A stretch of 24,570 nucleotides of DNA from a virus (Duplodnaviria > Caudoviricetes). The stretch lies in the IMG/VR virus record IMGVR_UViG_3300025084_000214, positions 1 to 24,570 of that record. One strand, 5' to 3'. The notes below the pieces were generated by a model. The model was given only the letters and a program-made list of their open reading frames with translations, had not been told where the DNA came from and ran no database searches. Position numbers and translations under genes: made by a program. Shown piece by piece: positions 23,586 to 24,570 of this stretch (the stretch's first letter is position 1; each line of letters begins with the position of its first letter).

Positions 23586-24570
23586 TCAGCAATTCCACTT
23601 CCTTAATGACTTCGACAGACGATCATCTCCAGTATTGTTGGATGCTTTCTGTCTCTTTCTCATGCCCTTCATTCTAGCGCAGAAGGATGCCCTCCTGGGA
23701 TTTCCAACCTTTGTGCTTGGTGCTTTGAGGTCAGATCCTGGATTTTCCTTTTCATAAGACTTTCGTCCTTTTTCATTGAGTCCTCCTTCGGAGTTCTTTC
23801 CTGACTTTTTTGTCCAAGCTGCTCCTTCATTTTGCACTTCCTCTGGAACGCAATTTGGTACTAGTTTGGCACCTTTCTTTTTCATACCAACTTTTTTATA
23901 TCCCTTCCAGCACTTCTCCTGAAAGTCTTGAAGTGTCATTCCTTCAGACTTATTACCATAGTTAGCAGCACCTTTCTTACGGCACTGGACTAATCTACCA
24001 CTGGCATATGCAGAAGGCCATACCTTTGCACTTGCTTTTACTTTCTTGTAGCAAGCATCTTTCTCGCCTGCTTTCTCATTGACAACTTCTTCGCCCATGC
24101 CAACGTTAGTTACTCTTTTCTTCTTGGCATCTACCTTTTTGAGATACGAATCGAGTTGCTTCTGTTTGATTGCACGAATCATAGAAGAACGCTTACTAAG
24201 ATATGCGGGTTTCTCACCTTGGGTTTTTCTGATTGCCTTGACTGCAACATCACCCATGCCTTCATCTACCTTAAGACTAGGGCAGCACTTCTGACCATGA
24301 ACACTACAGTCCTTACCTTTTGGAGTTCCTGCACATTCTTCTCCTTCTTTTCTAAGACCCAATCTACCTAACAAAGACTTTTTCTTGGGTTTAATATTAG
24401 CACCCATTGCATTTAATCTGCTAGCGGCAGTACTAGACTTTGGCCTTGATGCCTTCTGACGTTTGGAATAGTCCATGTAGGACTCACCTGGTTTCAGTTT
24501 CTTAGGATCTGCCTTAGGTTTAGATTTAGCAGCACTATCTTCACGGGCACGAGCATTAGCACCAGGTCCA
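23586..24570 (-). CDS. Basic modular protein, probable internal virion protein; 5' end truncated
   Basis: Frame stays open upstream of track start 24476 to the window end (GPGANARAREDSAAKSKPK...). Lys-rich modules such as CWKGYKKVGMKKKG..VPNCV, WPSAYASG, GGLNEKGR...SFCARM...RKWNC. Confidence 0.8.
   Translation of the reverse strand, partial: GPGANARAREDSAAKSKPKADPKKLKPGESYMDYSKRQKASRPKSSTAASRLNAMGANIKPKKKSLLGRLGLRKEGEECAGTPKGKDCSVHGQKCCPSLKVDEGMGDVAVKAIRKTQGEKPAYLSKRSSMIRAIKQKQLDSYLKKVDAKKKRVTNVGMGEEVVNEKAGEKDACYKKVKASAKVWPSAYASGRLVQCRKKGAANYGNKSEGMTLQDFQEKCWKGYKKVGMKKKGAKLVPNCVPEEVQNEGAAWTKKSGKNSEGGLNEKGRKSYEKENPGSDLKAPSTKVGNPRRASFCARMKGMRKRQKASNNTGDDRLSKSLRKWNC

Noticed and set aside
1-24570. 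tRNA, rRNA, CRISPR array or long tandem repeats
   Set aside because: None seen; after the small ORFs are added the intergenic gaps are short and are accounted for by promoters and terminators.

Overview
Fragment of a T4-like marine cyanomyovirus genome (Kyanoviridae-type; the host is probably marine Synechococcus or Prochlorococcus). All credible genes lie on the minus strand. In transcription order (right to left): a basic modular protein truncated at the window edge, then a variable island with plastocyanin petE, three tiny membrane proteins and a thermonuclease. Next is the structural core g17-g18-g19-g20-(core)-g21-g22-g23, followed by a small Cys-rich gene with an upstream ORF, g3, uvsY, a 2OG-Fe(II) oxygenase, uvsW, the g55 late sigma factor and g47/g46. 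The left end carries small hypothetical genes, an HNH endonuclease, a glutaredoxin-like gene and a truncated HEXXH+vWA (CobT-like) protein. Several real-looking ORFs are missing from the supplied track and were translated by hand. The most unusual signal is at the end of g23: a start-less +1-frame segment encoding CDAGCCGAGCPTCPF, with a stem-loop 10 nt after the UGA and a terminator inside the extension, which could be a recoding (frameshift) system. Also notable are back-to-back sigma70 promoters upstream of g55 and a uORF-led twin CX3C gene. All annotations come from motif recognition by eye; no searches were run.
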